DNA from: an uncultured virus (IMG/VR IMGVR_UViG_3300023435_000001)
Lineage: Duplodnaviria > Heunggongvirae > Uroviricota > Caudoviricetes
IMG/VR virus record: IMGVR_UViG_3300023435_000001
Strand: one strand, 5' to 3'
Length of the DNA: 20,000 bases
Position numbers and translations under genes: made by a program
The notes under the pieces: generated by a model
Told to the model about the DNA's origin: nothing
Seen by the model: the letters and a program-made list of their open reading frames with translations, nothing else
Database searches by the model: none
Shown: one piece after another, positions 1-8,933 of the stretch
Layout of the letters: the number at the start of each line of letters is the position of its first letter
Position numbering within the stretch: the first letter of the stretch is position 1

Positions 1-152
1 ACCTCCTTGGCTAATTTTTGTACATCCTTTAGCACATCTGTAAGCTTATTGATAACATATTGATTGTGCAAACAGCTTATACACAAAATCGGGGTTCCCG
101 ATTTAGCCTTGCACGATTGGCACTCTTTAAATTCGAAATTTATATTTGCCAT
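1..152 (-). CDS. Small Cys-rich putative zinc-binding phage protein (partial, runs off the left edge)
   Basis: Not in the ORF track. Manual translation from the ATG at 152 gives MANINFEFKECQSCKAKSGTPILCISCLHNQYVINKLTDVLKDVQKLAKE..., with CxxC-x9-CxxCxH. A GAGGAG RBS lies in the tail of the upstream gene. No stop before the window edge. Confidence 0.7.
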   Translation of the reverse strand, partial: MANINFEFKECQSCKAKSGTPILCISCLHNQYVINKLTDVLKDVQKLAKE

Positions 153-153
153 T

Positions 154-399
154 TTAAAACTCCTCTTCGCAGTAAAATTTCGGTGCATCGTTTGGTAATT
201 CCTCATTGGTACTAACGATCTTTTTGCTGGTATACCAATGATCAAACATAGGCGAACGTCGCGCCCTTACATATTCATACTCTGACATAAATCCTATAGC
301 GAAATCCAAGCTGGCATATCGAGCTTTGTTACATGTTTCAGCATACACAAGCAGACATCCATCGGAAACGCATCCACTGTCGACAACCCATGCTTTCAT
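154..399 (-). CDS. Hypothetical phage protein (~81 aa)
   Basis: The ORF track gives 154..525, but that overlaps the MTase by >100 nt. The ATG at 399 (MKAWVVDSG...) follows an AAAGGA RBS and lies just after the MTase stop at 413. Confidence 0.65.
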   Translation of the reverse strand: MKAWVVDSGCVSDGCLLVYAETCNKARYASLDFAIGFMSEYEYVRARRSPMFDHWYTSKKIVSTNEELPNDAPKFYCEEEF

Positions 400-412
400 T
401 TTATCGTCCTTT

Positions 413-1177
413 CTACTTTCCAAAATATTTATCGAGCTTATCATCGATACGTTTATCTTTAGGGTTTTTATAATTCGGATCGATACGTAATGCCGCATCG
501 TCGAAATAAAATGTATCAAGTTCAATCCCTATAAAGTTCCTCTTTAAATTCACACACGCTACGCCGGTAGTCCCTGACCCCATAAACGGATCTAAAACTG
601 TGTCACCTTCATTTGTTAATATTTCAACTATCTCTGACATCAATTTAATAGGTTTTTGATTTGGATGGTTTCCGTAAATCTTTTCTTTTCCTGGAGTCAA
701 ACCCATCACAAAATCTCCGTGATGAATACTGTTTAAATTAAAAGTATATCTTCCCTTCTTTACGGCATGTATAAAATACTCTCTACCTGGAACAAATCTC
801 CTCTTCCATTCAGCAGGTTGTGGGTTTGTTTTCTGCCAGTGATTCAAAGATTTTACTACAGCTCTATGCTTTCTTAGTTCACCTGAAATAGCCCCCATGT
901 TTTCCCAGTCGTTAAAGATGATAATATGCCCGCCTTTTTTCAGTGTACTTAGTGCCACACTGAGCCATTTAAGCTGATCAAAACCTGTATCGTATCCCAT
1001 TGTATCAGCATCATAAGTACCGTCGCCGCTTTTTTCGGATTGTCTAAATAAATGTATGCTTCCACCCATCTTCTCTACAAGATTGAAAGGGGGATCGGCC
1101 ATCACTAAATCCACACTGCCGGGTTCGATATTTTTCATCTCTTCAAGGCAGTCGCCGTTGATTAATTGGAGTGACAT
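413..1177 (-). CDS. Site-specific DNA methyltransferase, N4-C/N6-A, beta class (apparently orphan)
   Basis: N-terminal GDCLE, motif IV DPPF, then HPNQKP and motif [13 protein letters not shown], then FIGIELD. The catalytic motif precedes the SAM-binding motif, which is the beta-class order. Confidence 0.93.
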   Translation of the reverse strand: MSLQLINGDCLEEMKNIEPGSVDLVMADPPFNLVEKMGGSIHLFRQSEKSGDGTYDADTMGYDTGFDQLKWLSVALSTLKKGGHIIIFNDWENMGAISGELRKHRAVVKSLNHWQKTNPQPAEWKRRFVPGREYFIHAVKKGRYTFNLNSIHHGDFVMGLTPGKEKIYGNHPNQKPIKLMSEIVEILTNEGDTVLDPFMGSGTTGVACVNLKRNFIGIELDTFYFDDAALRIDPNYKNPKDKRIDDKLDKYFGK

Positions 1178-4048
1178 TTAAAATTCCTCTTCTATAAACT
1201 CTGGTCGTTTACATATTTCCAATTCCTTGGATACGAGCAACCCCTTTAGAAACTGAATAAAACTTGGCGTTTTTCTGTAACCTCTTCCATCTCTACGCAG
1301 CGCATTTTTACGAACAAACAACGACAGTAGTTGTGCGGTCGGTCCTTTCTCCCAGCCGCACCAATCACATATATCTCTAAATTCAATTTCGTTATTATAC
1401 AACAGCTGTTGGATGAAATCACTGGGAAATGGTGACTGTAGTATATGAGTCTTTAAAATCTCAGGGTTTAATAACTTGCTATTAGCACTGATCGCATCAC
1501 TAAAATCTTTATACCCAAACATACTTTCTGAATAAGTCTCCTCTAAAAATTTAGTGATGTATTCAACGTGGCACTTTCTGACTTTAACTGAACGTAGATT
1601 ATGATTTGAAAATGTTCTACAAGCTAGAGATATAGCTAATCGGCATATTTTAAACCGCATTGACCCGCGATCTACAATAGGGATTAATTCGGTGAAGATC
1701 GAGCATAGTCTAGTAGCTTCAACTAAAGCAAAATCGGTTGCTTCAGATGTAAATATTACTTGCTCTGGTTTTCTAGTCCAAGCCCACAAAATAAGTTCTT
1801 TACATTCTTTGTCCTTATACTTATGTTTAATCTTAGGCCGATACCGTTGTAGCTGATTAAGAGTATCAACGTCAATTTCATCAGCGGAAGTTAAAATCGA
1901 AAAATCAAACCTACGAATGTCTTCTAACCCACCAATCAATTCTTTAATAGCTTCGATTCCAAAATTATACGCAGATAAGGGCATGTCACTTCGTGGATTA
2001 CTAACTGCAATCAGGCGTGTTCGAGCGTGTGTTCTTCTTTTTTCGATTTTCGGTAATTCTGCGACGCCCGACGACCTCATATCTGTTAACTTACCAATAA
2101 CGTCTGTACTTGTTCCTTTGATCTCTTCGAGTATTACAAGACGTTTGTCATGAGTAGGTATTATACCCCAAGTTACGAACCATCTATTACTTGAGTTCAT
2201 TTGTTGTAACCCACCAAGTAAACCTGCGACAGTAGCGTTCTTACACTCTACACGTTCGCCTAGTCCGTAATGCTCCATCAATCTAAGAATGGTTTCTGAC
2301 TTACCTTGAGAACTATCGCCTGCAATTAATAGCTCAACCCATCCTTTAATCAATTTTTGATCAAACTTAAATAGCAGCACACTATGATAAGTAAGATCGA
2401 TAGCTAAGTGCAAGCGCTTTCGTTGAAAAATATGAGTAACATTAGCTGATAAGTCACCGTAGATATCATTGAGCTTTTCCTCTATACTTTCCACAGTCCA
2501 TTTCTTTGGTTGAAAAAGTTTTAAATTTTCAAGCTCAGCAACAGAAGGTTCATAACTTGATAACGCGTCAGAGGTTGTTTCATAGCTACTAGCAAGAATC
2601 ACTGACTGCTGCGATTTTGGGTGCGGGTACATTCTACCAGTGAATGTATACGACTCGTTAGTTTCTAACTCATGCCCAACACATAAAGCGGGTTGTAGGA
2701 TATCATCGACTGCTCTCGAACTAATTTCTAACTGAGGAGATAAACGAACATCTTCAACGTTATAAAACTGATCTGGTATTAACTCTACGACTTTACACAT
2801 TGGTAGTTGTAAACCAAGCATAATCGAATCTCGTTGTGTTGCTTTTGAAGTTGCTACCATTTCAAGAATAGCAGGCGACTCCGCTGGGATCTCCATTAAT
2901 ACTTCGTTTAACTCATTAGACTGCTTAGCAAACACCGGGCATGCCCCGCACAACGGTTGATTTCTCTGACAACTAACACGGATTCTTTTCGGAATAACAT
3001 AAGGTGCAGTGTCCATAGCAGTCACTGTAGCGTTTAGTTTAATTCTTTCGCCAGTGTACTTCGCGTGAGAGGCCTGATTTAAGTGTAGATCAATCGGTTC
3101 TTCAGACATATTTATAGACTGCTTAAGTTTGACAGTCCATTCTTTAACGTCTTTGAGTAACTTAAGAAAGTCGTTTGCGGTTTTCTTTTCAACGCCGAAA
3201 TAGTCATTTATGTCACCATTTGGATATTGATCAACATCAAGTGTCAACTCTACTATACCGATCCATTTTGCACTAGCTTTAAGTTGAGTACTAACATTAT
3301 TTGCTCCGACTGTTCCTGCTGAATCTATGTCAAAACACACGTACACTTTTTTATCTTTAAGTTGAGCGCTGAGATCTTTGTGCCAGTTACCTTCACCAGC
3401 AGTTGCAGTAATCGCACCTATTTTATGTTTATTTAGAAGTGAAGCAGCTACGATGGCCTTAATCTCTCCACCACATAGAATTATCGTATCATACTTAAGT
3501 TGCTCAACTGGATAAAGCCTGATTTTACCATGGCCGCGTTTGTTTTTCATTTTCTCCGGACCAGGTGCTCCTGGAGAATATCGTCTAACATTTACTACAA
3601 GATTATTCTCGTTATAAACTGGGATCGAAATTCGACCGTCATCAAACCCTAACCGGTGCTTACGAATCATTTCGTCTGTGACACCTCTATTATACAGCTC
3701 TTTTAATAACGGTTTAGCTTTCCAAATTGCTTCGTGATATTTTTCTATCACTGAAGCATTAATCGTTTTAGATGCTGATAATTCATATCTTGTAGATAGG
3801 TCTTCCCAAATTACTCTTCTTGTTGTTTTAAGTGCTTTAGCTAAGAAAGTAACTATGTCACCTTTAGCATTACACACAGCGGTATGACACTTGAATAGAT
3901 TTTTTTCAGTATTGATACTGCAACTTGGAGTTTTGTCTTTATGAAACGGGCAGCAAGTCTTTACTTCATTATCAGTAGCAAACTCATACTTTATTCCGCA
4001 ACGATCTAACTCATTGATTACGTTGATTATATGGATTTGATCATTCAT
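1178..4048 (-). CDS. Primase-helicase fusion: CHC2 zinc finger + Toprim (DnaG-type) + MCM-family AAA+ helicase
   Basis: CPFHKDKTPS...CHTAVC (CHC2 ZnF). Toprim region ILCGGEIKA...VCFDIDSAG. Central CxxC motif (CGACP). MCM-like motifs: Walker A LIAGDSSQGKS, ATVAGL, Walker B LVILEE, ARTRLIAVSNP (sensor 1), RRFDF (Arg finger), ICRLAISLA (sensor-2 region). Confidence 0.88.
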   Translation of the reverse strand: MNDQIHIINVINELDRCGIKYEFATDNEVKTCCPFHKDKTPSCSINTEKNLFKCHTAVCNAKGDIVTFLAKALKTTRRVIWEDLSTRYELSASKTINASVIEKYHEAIWKAKPLLKELYNRGVTDEMIRKHRLGFDDGRISIPVYNENNLVVNVRRYSPGAPGPEKMKNKRGHGKIRLYPVEQLKYDTIILCGGEIKAIVAASLLNKHKIGAITATAGEGNWHKDLSAQLKDKKVYVCFDIDSAGTVGANNVSTQLKASAKWIGIVELTLDVDQYPNGDINDYFGVEKKTANDFLKLLKDVKEWTVKLKQSINMSEEPIDLHLNQASHAKYTGERIKLNATVTAMDTAPYVIPKRIRVSCQRNQPLCGACPVFAKQSNELNEVLMEIPAESPAILEMVATSKATQRDSIMLGLQLPMCKVVELIPDQFYNVEDVRLSPQLEISSRAVDDILQPALCVGHELETNESYTFTGRMYPHPKSQQSVILASSYETTSDALSSYEPSVAELENLKLFQPKKWTVESIEEKLNDIYGDLSANVTHIFQRKRLHLAIDLTYHSVLLFKFDQKLIKGWVELLIAGDSSQGKSETILRLMEHYGLGERVECKNATVAGLLGGLQQMNSSNRWFVTWGIIPTHDKRLVILEEIKGTSTDVIGKLTDMRSSGVAELPKIEKRRTHARTRLIAVSNPRSDMPLSAYNFGIEAIKELIGGLEDIRRFDFSILTSADEIDVDTLNQLQRYRPKIKHKYKDKECKELILWAWTRKPEQVIFTSEATDFALVEATRLCSIFTELIPIVDRGSMRFKICRLAISLACRTFSNHNLRSVKVRKCHVEYITKFLEETYSESMFGYKDFSDAISANSKLLNPEILKTHILQSPFPSDFIQQLLYNNEIEFRDICDWCGWEKGPTAQLLSLFVRKNALRRDGRGYRKTPSFIQFLKGLLVSKELEICKRPEFIEEEF

Positions 4049-4080
4049 TATTTCCGCCGTTTTAGAAAGCGTTTAAAGGT

Positions 4081-4107
4081 AGCAGCAGCTATAAGATAGC
4101 TGCTGCT
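4081..4107 (-). terminator. Perfect 12-bp hairpin; putative terminator/attenuator or RNA processing site
   Basis: AGCAGCAGCTAT-aag-ATAGCTGCTGCT, 20 nt downstream of the 4128 stop. Only a weak U-tract (ACCUUU) follows on the minus strand. Confidence 0.55.
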
Positions 4108-4127
4108 TATAGTACTATAACTTTTAA

Positions 4128-4973
4128 TTAAAAATCTTCAGTAGCTGGTCTTTCAGACGGGTCTTGGTCGGGCTCATACGAAGCACGAATCAATGCTTTG
4201 TCATGAAACCTCTTTAACTCAAGATGCTTCTCTTTAAACACTTCATACTCTTCTTCACTTACCCATGAGTTCCCGTCATCAGGATTACTTATATCAAGTC
4301 CATAATAATCACCAGAAGGATTAGGCCGAAGAGCAAGGGTTGCTTGAAAGACACACCCATACAACGCAGCTTTTCGCATGCTAATAAGCGACGCAAATCG
4401 GCTACCAGCGAACCAGTTACCTTTTGAAAAACTTAAAATAATAGGATCAGAACCTAACGGATGATCTCTTAGTGATATGAGAAAGTTCAAATGCTCAACA
4501 TTGTGACGATCATACTTACGATCATCCGGGTAATTAGGGTGAGGCTCTGCTCGCAACTTAGGGTTTCGAGCTTTCGCCACGATAGGATCATTCTCGTCGA
4601 TTGTACGATACACGATCGTAGGCTCAGTTCCTTTAAGCTTAATCGAATTCCATGTCGCCCATTCAACATAGAATAACAGAGGAGTAAACATAAACGAAGG
4701 CATCTCTCCTTCAATTTGGCGGCCTTTCTTATCTAAAGGCATTTCAGCTATAATAGCTTTTGACGGGGAAAGAACGATGTCGCCTTTTGAAAACTCTTTT
4801 AATAGTTCGTCAGAAGCTTGTTTCTGTATAAGCTTAATGAACGGCGGAGTTATATACTGCTTTAAATCCTCAACTCCGGTGACTTCTTCATCTTGCATAA
4901 AAGACGGAACTTCATTCACTGTTTGCGGTACGACCAAGGTGGTCTCTTTACTTAAATCTTTTTTTCTTGCCAT
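4128..4973 (-). CDS. Putative ssDNA-binding/annealing protein (~281 aa)
   Basis: Lies between the helicase and primase genes and has an acidic C-terminal tail ending in Phe (EPDQDPSERPATEDF), as in SSBs. Start moved from 5006 to the ATG at 4973 (MARKK), which has an AAAGGA RBS 7 nt upstream. Function is inferred. Confidence 0.55.
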   Translation of the reverse strand: MARKKDLSKETTLVVPQTVNEVPSFMQDEEVTGVEDLKQYITPPFIKLIQKQASDELLKEFSKGDIVLSPSKAIIAEMPLDKKGRQIEGEMPSFMFTPLLFYVEWATWNSIKLKGTEPTIVYRTIDENDPIVAKARNPKLRAEPHPNYPDDRKYDRHNVEHLNFLISLRDHPLGSDPIILSFSKGNWFAGSRFASLISMRKAALYGCVFQATLALRPNPSGDYYGLDISNPDDGNSWVSEEEYEVFKEKHLELKRFHDKALIRASYEPDQDPSERPATEDF

Positions 4974-4991
4974 GATTTTGTCCTTTATAAG

Positions 4992-5024
4992 TTCATCATT
5001 CATCATTCATCATTCATCATTCAT
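4992..5024. repeat. 7-bp tandem repeat (TTCATCA)x4.7
   Basis: Read directly: ttcatca ttcatca ttcatca ttcatca ttcat. It spans the stop of the 5017..5622 gene. Confidence 0.92.
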
Positions 5025-5622
5025 TTACTTCATTGTCGCCCCCGTTCTGAGCTGACTCTACAGCGTTAATAATATCAACCTTGTTTCTAATCTGCATTTT
5101 GTATACCGGGTATTGTGAATCTTTTTGTATACCTGGCGGTAACGGTTTACCTTCTGTGGCACATTTTGAAATATGTTCACATAAACCAGGCCAATACGGC
5201 TTGAGAATTCCTTCTTTAATCGGACTAGCTGGGATACCAAAGTATTCCATTAACTTTATGAAGTTGTCCGGATCTTTTTTAAGTGATGGAATCTTAGCTG
5301 ACATAGTAACATTAGGTGTACCAGTAGCTAAGTCTCCTCGGATAGGTCCATCTTTACCACGACTCAAGTACAACAAGCAAGCAACATTAATCATAGAAAC
5401 TTCAACTCCGCTTGCTTCTTTTCTTAAGTCATTAAACATCTCTGAAGTTGTACGTATAACATATATAAAATCAATCAATTCTTTTAAAGGGTATTTATTC
5501 TTTTTAATGTTATCACGAATAGCAGATAACTCACCATAGTACTTAAGAAAAAAGTCATTAAACTCTTCAAACTTTTTCATCATTCCTAACAAATCATCAC
5601 AAATCATCATGTGCCCTTTCAT
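5017..5622 (-). CDS. Hypothetical phage protein in the replication module (~200 aa)
   Basis: Long ORF co-oriented and tightly packed with its neighbours. Predicted helical N-half. No recognisable motif. The exact start is uncertain (several Met). Confidence 0.75.
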   Translation of the reverse strand: MKGHMMICDDLLGMMKKFEEFNDFFLKYYGELSAIRDNIKKNKYPLKELIDFIYVIRTTSEMFNDLRKEASGVEVSMINVACLLYLSRGKDGPIRGDLATGTPNVTMSAKIPSLKKDPDNFIKLMEYFGIPASPIKEGILKPYWPGLCEHISKCATEGKPLPPGIQKDSQYPVYKMQIRNKVDIINAVESAQNGGDNEVNE

Positions 5623-5626
5623 ACTT

Positions 5627-5956
5627 TTAAATTTCTTTACTAAATCGTCTAGCTACATATGAGTCTTCAACGCTGTTAAAGAGTAACACGTTAAAATTTT
5701 CATAGAGTTGAGCGACTGCGATCACTGCTGTAGTTACAGAAATCATAGAGCCTACCGCACAGATATAGTCATTATCTTTATGAAATTCACACTCAGCTAA
5801 TCTGTTAATAACCGCTTTACAATATGCAGAGCTGTTAAACACACTACACCGCCTTTTGTTTGCAGGAAAAATGTAGATGAGATCTCCAAAAGTTAAGGCA
5901 CTTGTAAGGTCAATGTTAGCTTTAGTTGGTTCAAGTAAAAATACTCTACTGTTCAT
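5627..5956 (-). CDS. Hypothetical phage protein (~109 aa)
   Basis: Overlaps the helicase stop by 11 nt. The ATG at 5956 (MNSRVF) follows AGGTGA. The ORF track start is 5965. Confidence 0.7.
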   Translation of the reverse strand: MNSRVFLLEPTKANIDLTSALTFGDLIYIFPANKRRCSVFNSSAYCKAVINRLAECEFHKDNDYICAVGSMISVTTAVIAVAQLYENFNVLLFNSVEDSYVARRFSKEI

Positions 5957-7973
5957 TGGTCTCACCTAAAATTGAAATGTTATTAATGATTCGTTGAAAA
6001 ATTGATCTAACGTCTTGTAATTGCATAGCTGTCATTTTTTTATCAAGTACTCTACAAGCTATTTCTTCGTCAATTGTTTTTGGTATAATCAAATCTGTTA
6101 TCTGTACTGATACTCGTGTGCCTCTACGTACCGCACGGTCTTCACTCTGTGTACGTTTAATCATTGACCAATCTTGAGAATAATAAATTTCTTGGGTAGT
6201 GTTACAGCCATGATCTTTTGAAGTTCCTACCCATTCGGGAATATGACCCCATAAATCAAGTCCAACTCCACCAGCCGTAGGATTAGAAAGCCAAACTCTA
6301 CAAGATGCTTCTTGATTATACCGGCGTTCAGCTTCAATTCGATCTTTTTCAGATGTGCCTCCATAATACACGACGTGTTCAATTTTTTCTTCAAGCAGTC
6401 TTTGACTTATAAATTTGATCGCTGGCACCCAGTTAGTCCAAACAATAGTTTTTTCTTCAGGCCTTTTGTTTTTAAGAATTTCGATAAGAGCTTCAAGTTT
6501 TGGATTAACTTTGATATATTCGATTTTACCTACTTCTATTTCCCCTTCAGTGGTTACTTGATCATCCCATTTTAGGTATCCTGATGTAATTTGTGATAAG
6601 CGCAAAAGCTTGGTTAAAATGTGATTCGCTGTAAGTTGCTTGTTAGTGTCACTTTTCAATTCAGCTTCGATCTCAATAGCTAGCTGCGTTTGTAACTGAG
6701 TGTAGAATTCTCGTTGTTGTTTAGACATTTCAACTTCATAAATGTCATATGTTTTTTTAGGCAGTTCAGGCATTGCTTCTGCTCGCGTAATCATAAAACA
6801 CAAGCGGGTGAATCGCTCTTGTAAAATCGGCAAATTGTTATACCCATTAAGGATGTCACGTTGCCCGTCTTGAGACTTAACGAACTTACCATAGTACGAC
6901 TTAAATCCTTTAAAAGTCATGAACCCACTAAGACCTTCACCTAACCATTCTAGCTGCGTCCATGCATCGAACAAATTATTCGCAATTGGAGTTCCGGTTA
7001 AGCCTGCTCGATTTTTAGAAAGATCTCTAAGTTCTTTAAGAATTTTCCATCGTTTTGTGGTCGGGCTTTTAATCATATGGGCTTCATCTATACCACAGAA
7101 ATCCCATTCAATCATTCGGATAGCAGCCCAAGAATTTATGATTGTATCGTATGAACCGATTACAACAGTATACTCACAGTTCTCTTCAGTCTTAAACGCT
7201 TCAACTAAAAGTTTAATACGTGTTAGTTGACACCCGCGTAGCACTGTTAATTTTCCAGAGTGTACAGCGAAATCAATGAATTTATTATGCCAATTCATAC
7301 GTACACAATTAGGGACGATAATAAGTGCACTGTACATTCGCTTTTCTTTTTTGTACACACGATGCGCTTCGTAGCAAATCCTTGATATGATAATAGGAGT
7401 TTTCCCAGTTCCCTGTTCCATCCAAAGATTGTCATCATTACTAACAGAAGCGGCGACTGCAACTTTTTGAAAAGACATTAAAGGTCTTATTGGGTGATCA
7501 ATAAAGTCTTCAGGCATTTCTGGAAGTTCTTTATTAATTTTATATGAGGCTTTTATTTTAGCTTTTTCTGTCTGACTAAAAAACCGTGTAAGTAGAAACT
7601 CAAAGAAAAACTTAGCTTCATCTGTTCTAAATTCTAATCGGTCTTTTGGCCACAAACTATGAATTATAATAGCTGAAAAATCAGTTCCTCCTACAACGTA
7701 GGTTTCGCACAGGTGTTCACTTTGAACTTGCTTGCGTTCTGGAATTCGTTTTACAAAGTGCCGTACACTCCAAGACGGCCCTCTACGTTTTAGCTCTGTA
7801 GGATTTGACCAATCCTTGATCAGTGCGTAGAAGTTTAAAATGAAACGCTTACCTTCTTTATCAATATCGATTTCAAGATAGTCGTTTAACTGAAGTGATA
7901 CAGGTCTTAATAACTTACGAGTTGAATCGCATAGAGGTTCAAGAAATGCTTGAGTAATTACGTCGTGATCCAT
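5946..7973 (-). CDS. SNF2-family (SF2) DEAH-box helicase/ATPase
   Basis: Motif I MEQGTGKT, Ia IIVP, II IDEAH, III LTGTP, KLLRLSQITSG, NPKL, V GGVGLDL, VI QSEDRAVRRG. AAAGGA RBS upstream. Confidence 0.93.
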   Translation of the reverse strand: MDHDVITQAFLEPLCDSTRKLLRPVSLQLNDYLEIDIDKEGKRFILNFYALIKDWSNPTELKRRGPSWSVRHFVKRIPERKQVQSEHLCETYVVGGTDFSAIIIHSLWPKDRLEFRTDEAKFFFEFLLTRFFSQTEKAKIKASYKINKELPEMPEDFIDHPIRPLMSFQKVAVAASVSNDDNLWMEQGTGKTPIIISRICYEAHRVYKKEKRMYSALIIVPNCVRMNWHNKFIDFAVHSGKLTVLRGCQLTRIKLLVEAFKTEENCEYTVVIGSYDTIINSWAAIRMIEWDFCGIDEAHMIKSPTTKRWKILKELRDLSKNRAGLTGTPIANNLFDAWTQLEWLGEGLSGFMTFKGFKSYYGKFVKSQDGQRDILNGYNNLPILQERFTRLCFMITRAEAMPELPKKTYDIYEVEMSKQQREFYTQLQTQLAIEIEAELKSDTNKQLTANHILTKLLRLSQITSGYLKWDDQVTTEGEIEVGKIEYIKVNPKLEALIEILKNKRPEEKTIVWTNWVPAIKFISQRLLEEKIEHVVYYGGTSEKDRIEAERRYNQEASCRVWLSNPTAGGVGLDLWGHIPEWVGTSKDHGCNTTQEIYYSQDWSMIKRTQSEDRAVRRGTRVSVQITDLIIPKTIDEEIACRVLDKKMTAMQLQDVRSIFQRIINNISILGETNEQ

Positions 7974-8026
7974 TACTGTGTCCTTTAATACACGTTGTAC
8001 GTCGTTCTATCTTATTCAATATACGT

Positions 8027-8055
8027 ATTATACAACAAATAAACTTACTTGTACA
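8027..8055 (-). promoter_or_regulatory. Putative sigma70-type promoter for the replication operon
   Basis: Minus strand TGTACA-17 nt-TATAAT (perfect -10, 4/6 -35), about 55 nt upstream of the helicase start. Confidence 0.55.
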
Positions 8056-8094
8056 CTGTTAATTTCATAAAGTTTGCATTTATATTGAGCATCT

Positions 8095-8703
8095 TCATCT
8101 CAATAGCTGTTTATTTTTTCTGACTTTTCGAGACGCTTGAAAATGCTCAATGATAGGGTGTTTAATGTCTCGCATTCTACCAGAAATAGTGCAATACTCA
8201 CCAGGTAGTTTGTAGTAATTTTCTCCAACTACTGTTTGCAATGATTTTTGATCCCATTGCTTTGGCTTTCTTTTACATTCTTCAGTCCATCGCTGAACTA
8301 CACTAAGTGCTTCATCATTATTACGAAGAAAAACTGTGCCACTTAAAAGCTCTTTTAAAACGTGATGCTTACCATAGTACTTTCTTTGGTCAAATTCGTG
8401 CGCTGCGATTGTACACTCTAAATCATCAAACAATTTCGGATACGCGTTAAACTTAGCGTCGATATCTACCCATATAATATCAAGTCCTTTAAGCTCTTTT
8501 AACGCTTGCAGAAGAAACGTTGGTTTGTAGTTAGTATTTTTACTCCAGTCTTTTAAATTAGGCACACCAGCAACAAGGTGCGGAATTTTGTGCTGTATAG
8601 CAGATTTTTTAAACTCAACGCTAAGATCTTTGTAAAAAGTACCATTAGTATAATAAGATACTACTATCCACGGTTTCATTAGTGTATTACCTATTTTTAA
8701 CAT
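8095..8703 (-). CDS. Putative glycosyltransferase, GT-A fold (nucleotide-diphospho-sugar transferase, GT77/GT34-like)
   Basis: YKPTFL, DxD motif IIWVDID, LLSGTVFL, WDQKSL, LPGEYC, IIEHFQASR. An alternative start lies at 8679 (MKPW). Confidence 0.8.
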   Translation of the reverse strand: MLKIGNTLMKPWIVVSYYTNGTFYKDLSVEFKKSAIQHKIPHLVAGVPNLKDWSKNTNYKPTFLLQALKELKGLDIIWVDIDAKFNAYPKLFDDLECTIAAHEFDQRKYYGKHHVLKELLSGTVFLRNNDEALSVVQRWTEECKRKPKQWDQKSLQTVVGENYYKLPGEYCTISGRMRDIKHPIIEHFQASRKVRKNKQLLR

Positions 8704-8867
8704 CTCGTTTTAAACCAAGTAGTTTAGCCCATTCTCTGAAAAGCTGTTGGTAACTGATAATGTAATGTTCTATCAACTGCCTATACAACTCAAAAAGCTA
8801 TCTCTATCTGAATTACAAAATTGTAACTTATTGTTATATATACACTTATATCCTAAAAAACCCGTTG

Positions 8868-8885
8868 TATATATATATATATATA
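8868..8885. repeat. (TA)9 dinucleotide tract
   Basis: Read directly. It lies near the centre of the inverted-repeat element. Confidence 0.95.
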
Positions 8886-8904
8886 ATAAAGGGTATACTA
8901 GTTA

Positions 8905-8933
8905 AGTATACAGAGATAAGAGACTAATTTCAA
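8905..8933 (-). promoter_or_regulatory. Putative sigma70-type promoter inside the inverted-repeat element
   Basis: Minus strand TTGAAA-17 nt-TATACT (5/6 and 5/6 to consensus), pointing at the 8095..8703 glycosyltransferase. The AT-rich context raises the chance of a spurious match. Confidence 0.5.

Noticed and set aside
86..104. Hairpin AAATCGGG-gtt-CCCGATTT
   Set aside because: It lies inside the Cys-rich ORF and has no independent support as a terminator.
413..1177. Restriction-modification system
   Set aside because: No adjacent endonuclease-like gene. Orphan MTases are routine in phages.
154..1192. Two proteins (ending at 154 and 1178) share the C-terminus EEEF, suggesting a common interaction tail
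   Set aside because: Both ends read GAAGAGGARTTTTAA just before the next ATG, so the shared peptide is adequately explained by an overlapping GAGGA ribosome-binding site.
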